Part shown: positions 12,262-26,500 of the stretch, one piece after another | How positions within the stretch are numbered: the first letter of the stretch is position 1 | Layout of the letters: each line of letters opens with the position of its first letter | NCBI RefSeq assembly: GCF_001194135.2 | Contig: NC_069003.1 | Coordinates: 22,258,703-22,322,702 of the forward strand | Reading direction: 5' to 3' | DNA length: 64,000 nucleotides | Source of the DNA: Octopus bimaculoides | Lineage: Eukaryota | Translations under genes and position numbers: made by a program | Notes under the pieces: model-generated | The model's database searches: none | The model's input: only the letters and a program-made list of their open reading frames with translations | Told to the model about the DNA's origin: nothing

Positions 12262-12487
12262 GTGGGCGGCGAGCTGGCAGAAATGTTAGCAAGCGGGGCG
12301 AAATGCTTAGCAGTATTTCGTCTGCCGTTACGTTCTGAGTTCAAATTCCGCCGAGGCCGACTTTGCCTTTCGGAGTCGATAAATTAAGTACCAGTTATGC
12401 ACTGGGGTCGATGTAATCTACTTAATCCCTTTGTCTGTCCTTGTTTGTCCCCTCTATGTTTAGCCCCTTGTGGGTAATAAAGAAATA
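12262..12487 (+). mobile_element. Young SINE family C copy with 14-bp TSD
   Basis: agaaactatggaaa at 12248-12261 and 12488-12501; CpGs retained. Confidence 0.9.
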
Positions 12488-13908
12488 AGAAACTATGGAA
12501 ACTGATTCTGTCTGAGAATTACATTAATGCTAGGCATGTCTGTGGAATACTCAGTCACACTTGCACATTAATTCAGTGAGCAGGTAATTCAGTTGATGAC
12601 CTGAATGAATCCTCTTCATTGAGATTTTTCATCATCTTTTAACATTCATGTTCCATGCTGGCTTGCATTGGATGATTTGACAAGATCTGAAGAATGCATT
12701 ATGCTTATAAATATATATATATATATATATACACACATATCGAACTGTTAGTGCTTTAAGCTTTGGCCCTACATGTTTTAGGAGCTCTACTGAGATATTA
12801 TGTGTATATGTATGTATGTATATATATGTTTTTACTCTTGCGTTTTTAATTTATTCTTTCACCCTGGCCGTGATCTGGCATATACAGGTGCTTACAATTA
12901 TCAAGTATTACCTCTAACTTTTACTTTACCTACGTGATTCACGTTGTTCTTCTGATTGGTTTTTAGATAGATAGATAGACATAGATATTTGTGTAGGTGT
13001 GTGTATGTATATATATATATATATATCCAAGAAGACATGGAATGAGGTGGTGAAGCAGGACTTCAGACATTAGGCCTCACAGAAGCAATGATAGGAGACT
13101 GAGACCTTTGGAGATATGCTGTGATCGAGAAGACCTGGCAACTAAAGTGAGATCGCAGCCATGGCTATGCCAGTGTTGCATGTCCAGCCCATTTAAGAGT
13201 ACCCTTAATGCATCAGGCAATATGATATGCTTGAGAAGACCTGTTGAGCCAAGTAAAACCTAAATTGTAGCTGTAGCCAGTGCCCTCCAACTGGCTCCCA
13301 TTCCGGTGGCATATAAAATGCATCATCCAAATGTGGTTGATGCCAGTGTCCCCTGACTGGCTACCATGCCAGTGGCATGTAAAAAGCACTATTCGAATGT
13401 GACCAATGCCAGTACCCCCTGACTGGCTCCTGTGCTGGTGGCACATAACAAACACTATTCAAACGTGATTGATGCCAGGACTGCCTGACTGGCTCCTGTA
13501 CCAGGGGCACGTAAAAGGCACCATCTGGCCATACAAACTCTGTATCTACCAACAAATTCCGCCTGACCCATACAGGCATGGAAAAGTGGATGGTGGTACT
13601 GGTGGGGATGGTAGTGGTTGTAGCAGTGATGATGGTGTGCAGGGGGAGTGGGGTTTATTTTGGTGGTGGTAATGATGATGATGATGCCAGTGGTGCTACT
13701 GCTGATGCTAGCCTACTTTGCTGATTCTACCAAGTGCACAATATATTCACATAACTTCACACTACTGTCCTAGTTGATGCGATCCATTTTTGATTTCCTA
13801 ACTCCATCCTTACCAACCCTCCCCACTGACATTTTCTTCATTTGTAGTCATAGATAATAATCATTCCTCTCTCTCTCACATTCTCTTTTTCTCTCTCTCT
13901 TCCCTTAG

Positions 13909-13954
13909 CATGTAATTCAATATAAGAACTATTCCATTCCAAAACACCACCAAG
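13909..13954 (+). other. RNGTT: 5' UTR part of RNGTT first coding exon; implies an upstream non-coding exon
   Basis: Long pyrimidine tract + ccttAG (13907-13908) 46 nt before the ATG. Confidence 0.6.
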
Positions 13955-14024
13955 ATGACCAACCAGGAAGTCAAGTTACCTCCAAGATGGCTCCGTTGCC
14001 CACGGAGAGGAAAACCTGTTGTTG
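13955..14024 (+). CDS. RNGTT: RNGTT coding exon 1 ([23 protein letters not shown])
   Basis: ATG at 13955; PPRWLxCPRRG N-terminal motif; donor GTATGT at 14025; ends phase 1. Confidence 0.93.
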
Positions 14025-14289
14025 GTATGTTTTATTCTTTTATTCTTTTATTGGTAACAATCATTAGCTTGTGGCCATACTGGGGCACTGTCTTTCTAAG
14101 ATGTAGTCAATTGCACTGAACATAGTACTATTTTATTAAAAGCTTGAAAGGTAAGTTGGATTCAGCAGGATTTGAACCCCAGAACATAAAGGAATGAAAT
14201 TAAATACAACAAAGTATAATTTTATTCTTTCTACCACTTACCCTGTTTGATAAAAATAAATACAAGTATGTATGTTTGATCTACACTGC

Positions 14290-14326
<37 letters not shown>

Positions 14327-17300
14327 NNNNNNNNNNGTATATATATATATATATATATATAATTGAAGAGGTAAACTCAGAAACAAAGTTTAAGTCAATC
14401 AGCAAATTCCCAAATGGAAAACACATAAATGTGCCATTTGAGTGACACTGGGGTGCATTAATGTGCAACCGGCATGGGTGCCAATTTGCATGACACTGGT
14501 ATCTGCCACGACTACGATTTTGCTTGGCTTGATGGGTCTTCTCAAGCACGACATAATGCCAAAGGTCTCTGTACATATATATGTATATATATTTATATAC
14601 AGGGTGTCCAGAAAAGTCTGGATACATGAGGATTAACACATACTTTAAGAAATTATTATTTCTTATATTTAATTGCTTATGTTATGATTTTATTTACTCC
14701 AGGTACCCAGACTTTGTGGACACACTGTATGTGTGTGTGTGTGTGTATGTATAAAACTTATCCAATTCTGTATATGCTGTTTCAAGTCCTAGTACTCATA
14801 GGGCCAGTTACCTTATTTCTATGGTATATAAGTGATCAAGATCACAATACTCCACATGAGCGGGACACCAGTTCATCACAGGTTCTGTACATGAGATATT
14901 GTGATTTGTGTCTAACTTTTGAGATTTGGTTTATTTATGCTGAATTTTTGGCACACACACACACACACGTTCAAATGCTCCTTCACATGCATATACACAT
15001 ACATGCACACCAATCCACACACCTGCATGCGCACACGCACATCCACACACATATACATGTGCACTCACACTCACTCACACACACACATGCATTCAGTAAT
15101 CAAAATTGCTTTTATCTTTTCAGGAAAATTTTTACCTTTCAAGACTCCACTGGACTCGAGATACAATGGTCTCGTTGCTGATGAGTTCAAGTTTGATGTT
15201 GGTCTCCTATTTGGTTCTGTCAAGCATTACAATGTAAGTTTTTCTGATTTTTATCAATAATTTTCATGTTTTTATAACTATTGACATATGTGCCTTTTAC
15301 CATTTGTTACCATATTTCTGTGGAAATATACACTACCTTTGTTTCAATGAATTTTGAAGATAATGAATTTACTAAAATAATCATCATATGTCTGTTCTCT
15401 ATACTGGCATTGGTTGAATGGTTTGACAGGAGCTGGCCAGCTGAAGAGCTGCCCAGGTGACTGGCTCCTGTCAAACCACCCAACCCATGTCAACATGGAG
15501 AACAGATGTTAAATGATAATGACGGTTTTGTCACTTTTAAACTGGTGTTTGGAACTTAAATTAGCATGGAATGTTGATGAAAAGTTTTAATTTACATCAG
15601 GTTAACCCTTTTGTCGTGAAGGCGCATGGCTCAATGGTTAGAGCGTCAAGCTCACGATCGTGCGGTTGTAAGTTCGAATCCCGGACCGGGCTACATGTTA
15701 TGTTCTTGAGCAAGACACTTTATTTCACGTTGCTCCAGTTCACTCAGCTGTAGAAATGAGTTGCGATGTCACAGGTGCCAAGCTGTATCGGCCTTTGCCT
15801 TTCCAAAGGATAACACTGGTGGCATGGGGAGAGGAGGCCGGTATGCATGGGTGACTGCTAGCCTTCCATAAACAACTTTGCCTGGACTCGTGCCTGGGAG
15901 GGTAACATTCTAGGTGCAATCCCATGGTCAGTCATGACCGAAGGGGGTCTCAGCAACCTTTTTGTCACTATATTTCTGCTGAAACACACACTGCCTTTGT
16001 TTCTTGTCATTTTGAAAATAATGAAGAACTTAATAAAATAACTTTGTAATTAAGGCTGCAAGCTGGCAGAATCATTAGCACACCAGCTGAAATGCTTAGC
16101 GGTATTTCAGCCGTCCTTATGTTCTGAGTTCAAATTCCACTGAGGTCGACTTTACCTTTTGTCCTTTCGGTGAGTGGGGGTGGGGGGCAATTCCAGTTAA
16201 ACACTGGGATTAATGTAATCAATTTAATTACTACTGTGTATGCGTATAAAAAACTGTACCCCTCTGCCAAGCCATGTAGAGCCAGTGTGGTAGAGTAGAT
16301 TCCTTTTCATTATGAAACTGGTGTTTGGAGCATAATTTAACATAAATTAACATAAAATTTTGTTGGAAGGTTTGATTCTGATCACTTTAAAACAGGAAGT
16401 TTGTATCATAGAATCAAGTCATAGATAATCTCAGGTGGGTTGATATCAAAAGAGTTAATGTCATTCTCAGGCAGAATCTGTGTATCCATGGAATACTCAG
16501 TCACTTACATGTTGATTCAGTGCTTGTGATTCAGTCGATCGAACAATTGAATCTTCACTGTTGAGCAGCGGAAATTCGTGACCAAACCACAGACTGTTGT
16601 GATGTCATTTTGGATGCCTTCATTCTACACTCTGAGCAGTGGCACAGTTCCACTGGGAATTGAATCTGTACCAAATTCATTGAAAGAACAGACTCTGCTT
16701 GGTGCTTTAACCAGTTAAATAATTTAGATTGAGAAATACCATGTTTCTAAGTCGCACACACACACACACACACACACGCACACACGCACACACACACATG
16801 CATATATGTACACATACATTTTCACACTCGCATGCACATGTACACATATAAAACACATGAACACAAACATATAAACAGACACAAATACACACACATGCAT
16901 ACACTCAGAATATACGTACACACTTTTACACAAACACACATGTTCACACACACACATTCGTGTGTGTGTGTGTGCAACGCATTTCCTATTGAATAGTCAA
17001 TGTCTGTGAAGAAATAACCCATTATTTGTTTTATTTTCATTCCATATTTACTCTCTTTCTGACACAGATGAAAATAGGAATGTGGATTGATTTGACTAAC
17101 ACTGACCGATTCTATGAAAGCTCTTCAATTGAGAAGGAAGATTGTAAATATTTAAAATTAAAATGCCGCGGGTAATAAACTTATCTGTCTTGTTTTCCTG
17201 ATCTTTCTTATGACCAACACTTTTCTTTTTTTTGTCTCTTCATTATCAGACTTTGCAATTTTTTCTTCATTCCTACTCAATTCCACCCCTACATACATCA

Positions 17301-17806
17301 GTACCCACTTCGTTTTGTTCCTCCTACCCCACTGTGAAACTTGACTGTGTGATTAAGAAAGCACTAGCATGGTTTTGAGTTCAGTTTCATTGCACAGTAC
17401 ATTGGGCCAAGGTCTTCTACTTATAGCCCTTGGCGTCACCAATGCTTTATGAGTGAATTTGGTTGAAGGAAGTTGCGTAAAAGCTCATTGTGTGTGTGAA
17501 TGTATGTTAGTGTGTGTGTGTGTGTGTATGTCTTTGTGTCCATGTTTGAGTTTTGCGTCTCTGTCTGACAACGTGTTAGGCTCTCTTTTACTCTTTTACT
17601 TGTTTCAGTCATTTGATTGCGGCCATGCTGGAGCACTGCCTTTAGTCGAGCAAATCGACCCCGGGGCTTATTCTTTGGAAGCCTAGTACTTATTCTATCG
17701 GTCTCTTAATGCCGAACCGCTAAGTGACGGGGACATAAACACACCAGCATCGGTTGTCAGGCAATGCTAGGGGGACAAACACAGACACGCAAACATACAC
17801 ACGCAC

Positions 17807-17880
<74 letters not shown>

Positions 17881-17900
17881 NNNNNNNNNNNNNNNNNNAC

Positions 17901-17985
<85 letters not shown>

Positions 17986-18539
17986 CGACGGGCTTCTTTC
18001 AGTTTCCGTCTGTTCATGTCTTGCGAACTTAGAGGTCCTCCCCCCAGACAGACAGACACACACACACAAATGGAACTTATGGAGCAAGTACTAGACTGTA
18101 ACATAAACTGGAGTTGATGTGGTCAACTAAAACACTCTAAGGTGGTGCCCCAGCATGGCTGCAGACAAATGACTGAAATTGGTAAAAGAATAAATGAATT
18201 ATGTGGATCAGAAACCACAATAAGCTTAGAGAGTGTGTGTTTGTGTGTGTGTTGTCACATGTCAGGAAGCTAAGTCCTCACAGAGGAAACTGAAATTGTC
18301 TGAGATGGTGTTATTTTGAACAACCTATACCAACATGTATGTATAACTGAAAGTGTATTAGGTACATTTTTATTGTGAATCGGCTGCATTTTGTTGCAGG
18401 TTAGGCACAGAAATTTTATATACGTGTGTGTAATATAGTCGGATGATGGTTAGTAAACTGAAACTTCAAAGTCACAGTCAACTGTTTCCTGGTAAAAATT
18501 AACATAGTTTTAAGTGATATTTCAATATAAGTTTCAACT

Positions 18540-18596
<57 letters not shown>

Positions 18597-18797
18597 GAGT
18601 CTGCCAAAGAAATGTATACACACTTCAGGAAAGGAAAAAATCTATNNNNNNNNNNNNNNNNNNNNNNNNNNNNNNNAGTGTTATCGCAATTTAATGAAAC
18701 ATCAGAGATATTTATATTTATAGAGGTACTTACGCAAGTTAATTATTTATGCAGATTTTTCCTTTCCTGTAGTGTGTATACATTTTTTTTTAACAGA

Positions 18798-18833
<36 letters not shown>

Positions 18834-20602
18834 CATCATCACCATCATCATTTAATTTCCTTCGTCCATGGGTTGGATGGTTTGATCGGGCTGGCACACT
18901 GACGCTAGTCTGATTTGGCATAGTTTCTACAGCTGGATGCCCTTCCTAACGCCAACCATTCTGAGAGTGTAATGGGTGCTTTTACTTGCAACCAGCATGG
19001 GTACCATTTGCGTGACACTAGAATCTGTCACAACTGCAATTTTACTTGGCTTGATGGGTCTTCTCAAGCATGACACAATGGTCATTCGTCATTGCCTTCA
19101 TGAGGCCCAATGCTTGAAAGGAGCTTTGCACATGCCACTGGCATCAGCTACTTTGCATACACACACACACACATACATTACCAATGCCATGTGGGATACT
19201 GATTATATAAATGTATCATAAATCCATTATCAAATCATATCTACAATAGTTACTTAAATAAATCTTTTTAAACATTATACAGGGTTGGCCAAAACTCACC
19301 TGACAGTAAATCAAAAATTCCATAAACACTTAATCAATTTTGTTTATTCATTCCAATTATGAATGTTTAATAGTTGAATGCTGTGAGTTAAAATCACCTT
19401 TTTTTTTTTTTTTCAACATTTGTTTATTTATTTAGTGAAGTCTCATGTAAAATAATTTTTTGTTTTAATCTTGGAATTAAATGGTTTTGATTTACTGTTT
19501 GATTGGCCAACCCTGTATTACTCTATAGATTTTTTCATGATAGGAACTGATTAACTATTAAGTAAAAAAGATTTTTGACATCATTTCTATATTGAGTTTC
19601 TAAGTTATGGTTAAGTGTCTGTATCTTAAAACATTTTGATACATTTCCTCATTAAAATTTAAATTATATATATGTGCATGTGCATGTTTTTTTTATGTGT
19701 AAGTATTTGTGTGTATGTGTGTGTGTATGTATGTATGTATGTAAGTGTATTTTCCTTTTATTTTTACTCAGTCATGGAGAAGCACCATCTGAAGATCAAA
19801 CCAAGGTTTTTATTGAAATGGCTGCCAAATATTTTACCACTCACCCCACAGATGTCATTGGTAAGTCATCCCAAGTTCTGTTGTTGCTATATTTCTTAGA
19901 AAATACACTCACCATGGAGTTTAAAGTAATTTGGAAAATATCAAAGAATTTTCCTTTTTGTAGATCTAATACATAAATCAGTCATACATAAAGCTACAAG
20001 AGTGAGCAGTATCGAAAGACAGTGAGATGGTTATGTTTGTTTGAATGCAGAATCTGTTCCATGCTATCATGGAGGGAGGCCACATGTAAAATGAGCAAAT
20101 GAAACAAAATAAAGTGTGAACTTGGAGGTTATTTAATTGTTATTTTTAACAGGTCGAACCTACAAACCATGTAGAAGGTCCCTTATCAGCTCAACAACTC
20201 ACTAATGTACACAGTGGCAACACTGTGAAATTGTTGGGTGTTTCAGATGCTTTCTTTGTTTATGTCCAGGGAGGGGGAACAGGTTGAAACAGGCTGACTT
20301 GCCCTTATGTTACAAACACTACACTGTAGGTGAGGCCTTCGATGTTGAAGGTTGTGGGACTCGTCCTCATTATTTTTGTCTCAATAAAGACAGGTGAGAA
20401 TCTTATCAGACATAGACACAGAGAAATGTAGTTAATATATAGATGCTAGATATGGACATGTGACTATGTGGTTGAGAAGATTGCTTCCCAACAATATGGT
20501 TGTGAGTTCAATCTCAACTCTACTACACCTTGGAAAAGTATTTTCTACTGTAGCCCCTGGTTGACCAAAGCACTTTGTCAGTGGATTTAATAGATGGAAA
20601 CT

Positions 20603-20633
<31 letters not shown>

Positions 20634-22832
20634 CTTTTATCCTTTATCTGTTTCAGTCATTAGACTGCAGCCATGCTGGGGTACCACATTGAATTTTTAG
20701 TTGAATGAATCAACCCCAGTACTTATTTTTTAAGCCTGGTACTTATTCCATCGGTTTCTTTTACTGAACTGCTAAGTTATAGGGGACATAAACACACCGA
20801 CGTTGGCTGGTGATTGGGGGGACAAACACAGACACATGCACATAGATATATATACCTATATATATATATGACGGGCTTCTTTCAGTTTCCGTCTACCAAA
20901 TTCACTTGCAGGGCTTTGGATCACCTGAGGCTATAGTAGAAGACACTGAACCCAGAACCATGTGGTTGGAAAGCAAGCTTCTTACCATGCAGTCACTCCT
21001 GCATCTANNNNNNNNNNNNNNNNNNNNNNNNNNNNNNNNNNNNNNNNNNNNNNNNNNNNNNNNNNNNNNNNNNNNNNNNNNNNNNNNNNNNNNNNNNNNN
21101 NNNNNNNNNNNNNNNNNNNNNNNNNNNNNNNNNNNNNNNNNNNNNNNNNNNNNNNNNNNNNNNNNNNNNNNNNNNNNNNNNNNNNNNNNNNNNNNNNNNN
21201 NNNNNNNNNNNNNNNNNNNNNNNNNNNNNNNNNNNNNNNNNNNNNNNNNNNNNNNNNNNNNNNNNNNNNNNNNNNNNNNNNNNNNNNNNNNNNNNNNNNN
21301 NNNNNNNNNNNNNNNNNNNNNNNNNNNNNNNNNNNNNNNNNNNNNNNNNNNNNNNNNNNNNNNNNNNNNNNNNNNNNNNNNNNNNNGATAGAAACTAAAA
21401 GAAGTCTGTCATTTTGTTTGTCTTTGTCCCCCACCACTGCTTGGCAACTGGTGTTGGTGTGTTTACATCCCCTTAACTTAGTGGTTCAGCAAAAGCAACC
21501 AGTATGACGCTTAAAAAAAAAAAATTCTAGGGTCAATTTGTTCGGCTAAAACTCTTGAAGGCAGTGCCCCAGCATGGCTGCAGTCTAATGACTGAAATAA
21601 GTAAAAGATAAAATGTGTGTGTGTGTGTGCATGCACATGTCTGTGTGTCTGCTTACATTTGTACTCACTTCTACGAAAGTTGTGATGTCATTTTTTCTTC
21701 CTATCAACTGTGCATTTCCCCTCACTTTTTGTCTTTGAAACTATGTAGAAGAGGAGATCCTTTAGTTAAGAAACAGGTAAAGTTTAGTAGAAATAAGGGT
21801 ATCCGGCTGTTAGACAATGCCTTAATAATACATTCTTCTAAATCAGTGGTTTGCAATCATTCTTTGCTATGGACCCCTTTCATTACTATTCTATTCTGGC
21901 GGATCCCCAAAGCCATTTGATGTTTCAAAACTAGTTCTGTATATGTTTCTTTCAAAATTACTATTTTATTACGCATTAACTTGTGTGTGTGTTGAGCTAT
22001 GTAAAGCATTAGAGAAAGAAACCTAGTTGTTTCTTGCAAAAAATATATCCAAAGTAACTTTTTTTCATGGGCCCTGGAAATACTGCTGTGGACCCAATTT
22101 ACTACTTTGCTTGTGTGGAAACCCCACCCGCACAAGTCTTACATGGACCCCGGTTGAGAACCACTGATCTAAACCATTCTAGCATGAAAAAAAAAAAAAC
22201 ATGTAAAACAAACAAAAGAAAATTCTGTTTCCTTTATTTTTCTGGTTGTTTAGGTGTTCATTGTACACATGGCTTCAACAGAACTGGTTTTCTTATTGTT
22301 GCCTACCTTGTTGAAAAAGAGTCCTGGAGGTAGGTGCTTGTGTTTTTTTTTTCTTTTTTTTTTTTTTTCTTTTTACCAATATGTTTTTCTTTTATGTTCT
22401 CTTTGCTTTTGAGCATTGCTGGTAACATGTAGACAATTCAGTACAAACCATTGCTAGATGCTTATTGGCATTTCGTCCATCAAGTATGTTCTGAGTTCAA
22501 AATTTCACTGAGGTCCACTTCGCCTTTTCATTCTTTCGGGGTCGATAACATAAGTACCAGTTGGACAATGGAGTTGATGTAATTGATTACCCACTCCCCC
22601 AAAATTGCTGGCCCTGTGCCAAAATTTGAAACCCAAAATTTCAGGCCTTTTGCCTACAGTAGAAAGGATTATTATTATCATTATTATTCTTATTTGGTAG
22701 TCTTATTTTTATCACATGCTTTCACTGCACTACCAAGTGCAGCTCTGGGTGCTTTGGGTATGTGCTGTGGTTTGTTTTGGTGTTATTATTTTCACTGTAT
22801 TGAAAGTGCCTTACATAGGATGTGTGTGGTGC

Positions 22833-22872
<40 letters not shown>

Positions 22873-23100
22873 TAAAACAGCATGCTGGCAGAATTGTTAG
22901 CACGCTAAGCAAAATTCTTAGCAGCATTTCTTTCGACTCTTTACGTTTTGAGTTCAAATTCTGCCGAGGGCAACTTTACCTTTCATCCCTTCAGGGTTGA
23001 TAAATTAAGTACCAGTGTAACACTGGGGTCAATGTAATCAACTAGTCCCCTCCCACAAAATTTCAGATTTTGTGCCTTTAGTAGAAAGGATTATAATTAT

Positions 23101-23139
<39 letters not shown>

Positions 23140-23507
23140 CTGGCCCTTTGTCTTGTATTTCCAGTGTTGATGCTGCTATACAGGAGTTTGCTAAAGTAAG
23201 TAACATAATCTATTTTACTTGTAACTTGCTTTCAATATCCCCCTGTCTCTCCTCTCACTCTCTCTGTCTGTCTTTCTCTTTAACTAGCTTTCTATCCATC
23301 CATCTAACTTTATCAAGTGTATTTATTATAATCATTTTGTCTGCTGCTACTGCTGCTGTTGTCTTTCTTCCTCTTCTTTCCTTCTCTCTTCTTCATCCCC
23401 CCTCTCTCTCTCCCACCTTTCCTCCTTTTCCTTCTATCTCTCACCTACCTTTGGCTGTCTATATATCTTGGTCTCTTCCTTCTGTTTATCAGTTTGCATC
23501 TCTCTTG

Positions 23508-23543
<36 letters not shown>

Positions 23544-26500
23544 CCTCCTCTCTTGTGTATGCTGTCTGTCTATCTGTCTACCTATCTATCTTCTTGTTTA
23601 TCTCTCTCTTTCTTCCTTTGTCTCAATCCTCCTCTTTCATGCATGCAAGTCTACCTGTCTACCTATCTACCTGTTTCTTTTCCCCCCTCATCTCCCCTTT
23701 CCCACCCCCTCTCTCTTTCTCTCTTTTTCTCCCAATACATAAACCTGTCTATTTTCTCAAGCAACTCTATATTCTCTGTCTCAAACCTATCCATACATGA
23801 AAAACAAAACATTTTCTCTCTTTCAGTGCCGTTCTCCTGGAATATACAAACAGCACTATATCAATGATTTATGTCAGCGTTATGGAGATAAAGACATGAT
23901 AATTTCTGCTCCAATGCTACCTGAATGGTGTCAGGGTAAGTCTTAAAAAAAATGACTTCAAATCTTTTAACCCACTTTTGATACCACCTAGTATTACTTC
24001 TGGTTCTTTCATTCCAAACTTCTAATTTTCAAGTATTTGTATTAAAATCAAAATCTTCCATGATGGTTTTGTGTAAGAATCTTTAGCATAAACAATGATA
24101 CAGTTGATGCGAAAGAAGATACATTTGAAATGCATAGTTTCATCATCACCATCATCATCATCTTTTAACACCTTTTTTTTCGTTGTTGGCATAGGTTGGA
24201 TGGTCTGACAGGAACTGACAAGGCCAGGGGCTGCACCAAGTTCCATAGTCTGTTTTGGCATGGTTTCTATAGGTAGATCATCATCATCATCATCGTTTAA
24301 CGTCCGCTTTCCATGCTAGCATGGGTTGGACGATTTGACTGAGGACTGGTGAAACCAGATGGCTACACCAGGCTCCAATCTGATTTGACAGAGTTTCTAC
24401 AGCTGGATGCCCTTCCTAACGCCAACCACTCCGAGAGTGTAGTGGGTGCTTTTACGTGCCACCAGCACGAAGGCCAGTCAGGCGGTACTGGCAACGGCCA
24501 CGCTCAAAATGGTGTATTTTATGTGCCACCTGCACAAGAGCCAGTCCAGAGGCACTGGCAACGATCTCACTCGAAAGTCCTTACACATGCCATGGGCACA
24601 AGTGCCAGAAAGGCAACGCTGGGCACAGGTGCCATCACGATTTCACTTGCCTCAAGAAGTCTTCACAAGCTGAGTTCCGTGTCCAATGAAGGGTCCTTCC
24701 TAATGCCAACCACTTCACAGAGTGTACTGGGTGCTTTTACACAGCATTGGCATGGCTGCCCTTAAGTGACACCAGCACAGACACTCTTATGTGGCACTGG
24801 TATGAGCACTCTTACATGGCTGCTTTTACATAGTCCCGGCATGGGTGCTTTTATGTGGTACTTTTATACGGCATCAGCACCCATGAGCCCACAAAACTAG
24901 AGTATTTTTAGCTGAGAGAGGGGTGTAGAGGACATGCCTGTATGCATGGACAACCACAATTTTACTTAGCTTGGCTTGTCTTCTTAAACACAGCAAGCAG
25001 CCAGAAGTCTTGGTCCCTTGTCATCCCTCAGTGAGACCCAATGTCTGTAGATCCTTTCTCACCACTTAATCCCACGTCTTCTTGGGTCTGCTCCTTCCAC
25101 ACATTCCCTCTACAATTAGAGATCAACATTTCTTGATGCAGCTGTCCTCATCCATATGCATCACATGACCATACCAGCACAGTCTTCTCTCTTGCACATT
25201 ACATCTGATGTCTCATATACTGTTTTTCTCTCAAATCACTTACACTCTGTCATATGTGCACACTGACATTGCACATCCAGCAGAGCATACTAGCTTCATT
25301 TCTTTCAAACCTTCAAATATCCTCAATAGTCATAGCACATGTCTCACTGCTATGTAGCATAGTTGTTGGAACACAGGCAAAATACAATCTGCCTTTCACT
25401 CTGAGTGAGAGGTCCTTTGTTACCAACTAAGGTATCAGCTCTCTGAAATTTGCCCAGCCTGTTCTTATTTATAAGTGATAAATTTATGCTTTCATATTTT
25501 ATTCCAGTATTTTGTCACAGCATTGTGTTTATATGCAAAAAATCATACAATTATCCCATACAAAACCACTTTAATTTTTTAGCATACAGATTACTTTGTT
25601 AAATGTTATGCTTATTCATTCACATTGTTTTGAAATGATCATGTATTATTTTTTAGCTTTGAGATCTAAATAATATAATTGTTTATTTCTAGAATGACAT
25701 TGTGGGGAAGTATGAAAGGTCAGATCTGGCCAGTTTGAACACAAAATACGTAGAAAATGTTTGCCTTATATAGTCAGTTTAAATCTTGAAGGGTTAAAAT
25801 ATCTTTCAATAAGTGTATAATGAAACTTAAAATTATTTTTTTTAGTACAAAATAGGGGTGCATCTTATGTCAGAATACATCAGCAAATATGGTATGCTGT
25901 TGTTTAGTCCAAGGGTAGCTCCAGTTCATCCGACTGGTGATCATACCCATTCCACCTGTGACCATCCCATATTTTGTTTTCAGCATAGTGTTTCTGTACA
26001 TTATTTACATTAGACGGATATTTGTCCTCATCTTTTTTGTTGTTGACACAACATTTCGGCTGATATACCCTCCAGCCTGTTTCTGTGTCAGTTTCTTTCA
26101 CTATTTTTAAGATGGTAGCATGTGACTTGTTGGGGATTTAGCTGCTATTTCAAGCAGACTGAGGAATCACAGACTCCTCCGTCTTGTACTGTATGTTTCT
26201 GTACAAGACAATATTTAAATCAATAAATACTATTGCAAAAAAAAGAAAGAAAGATAGTGTGATCTCTGGGCAGGGGATTGATTGAATCTGTAGAGCATTG
26301 GGAAAAAATACCTTGTGGTATTTGGGTACATTCCTTTCCTTTCTGAATTCAAATCCTGCCCAGATCTTTTCTTCTTTTGAGGTTGATAAAATATGAAGAC
26401 CAGACAGATATAATTGTTGGGAATTGATGCAATCGACTATAATTGTTAAAATTGATGCTCCAGCATGGCCGCTGTCCAGTGAGTAAAACTAGTAATAAAA

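Noticed and set aside
23148-23867. 239-aa hydrophobic Leu/Ser ORF
   Set aside because: Only 23165-23195 is exon; the rest is a CT-rich intron, and exon 7 is in another frame.
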